A stretch of 62,761 bases of DNA from Solirubrobacterales bacterium (GTDB lineage: Bacteria > Actinomycetota > Thermoleophilia > Solirubrobacterales > 70-9). A program made the translations under genes and the position numbers. Below, one piece after another: positions 62,239 to 62,761 of this stretch (position 1 is the first letter of the stretch; the number at the start of each line of letters is the position of its first letter). The notes under the pieces were generated by a model that searched no databases, had not been told where the DNA came from, and saw nothing but the letters and a program-made list of their open reading frames with translations. The stretch lies in contig JBAWHK010000016.1 in assembly GCA_049593795.1 (NCBI GenBank), positions 1 to 62,761 on the forward strand. The letters run 5' to 3'.

Positions 62239-62761
62239 ACCGCTGCCTTTTCCATCTCGAGCAGCTGCTCTTTCATTGCTGTGCCACCGAGGTACTTGCC
62301 AACGTGCCCATCTGTCTTCAGTACCCGGTGACAGGGCACAACTATCGGCAGGGGATTGTGGGCGAGGGCGGATCCGGCGGCCCGCACAGCTTTGGGGCTG
62401 CCGGCCACAGTCGCCACGTCACGATAGGAGCGGGTTTCCCCGTAGGGAATCGATTCGGTTGCGTCCAGCACCTGGCGTCTGAAACCGTGGGTCAACTGCC
62501 AGTCAAGCTTGACTGTGAACCCTTTGCGTCTGCCGCTGAAGTACTGGTCAAGCTGGTTCCTGGTCAATTTGATCTGAGGCCGCGACCCTTTGAGGATCTT
62601 TGGCGAGATCCGTGCCGCCAGATCTTCGAGAACCGCCGCTTCGTCCTCGGTGGAAAGCCCGACCCTGACCAGGCCCTTGCTTGTGGCTCCGATCAGCAAA
62701 GGACCGAAAGGCGATTCGTGCCTTTCGTAGGAAATGTCAACCAGACCCCGCTTGCGGGCTT
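62235..62761 (-). CDS. ogt: Methylated-DNA--protein-cysteine methyltransferase (5' end runs off the window)
   Basis: Has the active site IVVPCHRVL. The frame stays open upstream of the ORF-track TTG to the window edge (..ISYERHESPFGPLLIGAT..). The stop overlaps the alkB start. Confidence 0.85.
   Translation of the reverse strand, partial: ARKRGLVDISYERHESPFGPLLIGATSKGLVRVGLSTEDEAAVLEDLAARISPKILKGSRPQIKLTRNQLDQYFSGRRKGFTVKLDWQLTHGFRRQVLDATESIPYGETRSYRDVATVAGSPKAVRAAGSALAHNPLPIVVPCHRVLKTDGHVGKYLGGTAMKEQLLEMEKAAV

Noticed and set aside
1-62761. Mobile elements, prophage, genomic island or defence system (restriction-modification, toxin-antitoxin, CBASS, etc.).
   Set aside because: No integrase, transposase, recombinase, phage structural gene, methyltransferase/restriction gene or toxin-antitoxin gene was recognisable. 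There is no flanking tRNA, and no abrupt compositional change apart from short AT-rich promoter or palindrome patches.

Overview
GC-rich bacterial chromosomal window of about 70 tightly packed protein-coding genes, many with 1-8 nt start/stop overlaps. I found no rRNA or tRNA genes, no CRISPR array, and no transposase, integrase or phage genes. Gene content suggests an Actinomycetota-like, possibly deep-branching genome; this is inference. Supporting signs are sepF, a GarA/OdhI-type FHA protein next to an FtsR-like MerR regulator, DUF3159, and an Asp-type MurA, though it also carries hisZ plus a short hisG. Layout: (1) 0.2-6.8 kb holds an SOS/mutasome island on the minus strand: imuB, an 81-aa ORF, dnaE2, a LexA-box cluster, a small ORF and a peptidoglycan amidase, plus a divergent 110-aa gene. 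(2) murA followed by hisZ-G-D-B-H-A-F. (3) An envelope pair: a PQQ-like beta-propeller and a polysaccharide deacetylase. (4) A CCA/poly(A) nucleotidyltransferase, then pgeF-sepF-proC-yggT-lspA-rluD. (5) rpsB-tsf-pyrH-frr-uppS-cdsA-dxr-rseP-[acyl-CoA ligase + hypothetical]-ispG-proS-pgsA. (6) A zinc-ribbon GarA-like FHA protein, MerR, SRPBCC and an FAD-linked oxidase. (7) A membrane-tethered HTH protein, a PaaI thioesterase, nadE, and a c-di-AMP riboswitch in front of an RlpA-like gene. (8) ccdA, an SDR and gltBD. (9) nhaA, sanA, a CDF transporter, a DEDDh exonuclease, DUF3159 and an SNF2 helicase. (10) An acyl-CoA dehydrogenase pair, then alkB-ogt. This is mostly core genome. The most unusual part is the SOS island: two perfect LexA boxes, a mutasome cassette with no imuA but an embedded Trp-rich 81-aa ORF, a 43-bp perfect AT-rich palindrome, and a triple LexA-box cluster in front of a small ORF plus cell-wall amidase. 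Other notable items are two REP-like intergenic repeat families, an RpsB C-terminal extension with PHPQAVPD tandem repeats, polybasic C-terminal tails on two exported enzymes, and a likely unannotated c-di-AMP riboswitch. All calls come from reading the sequence and ORF translations; no database search was run.
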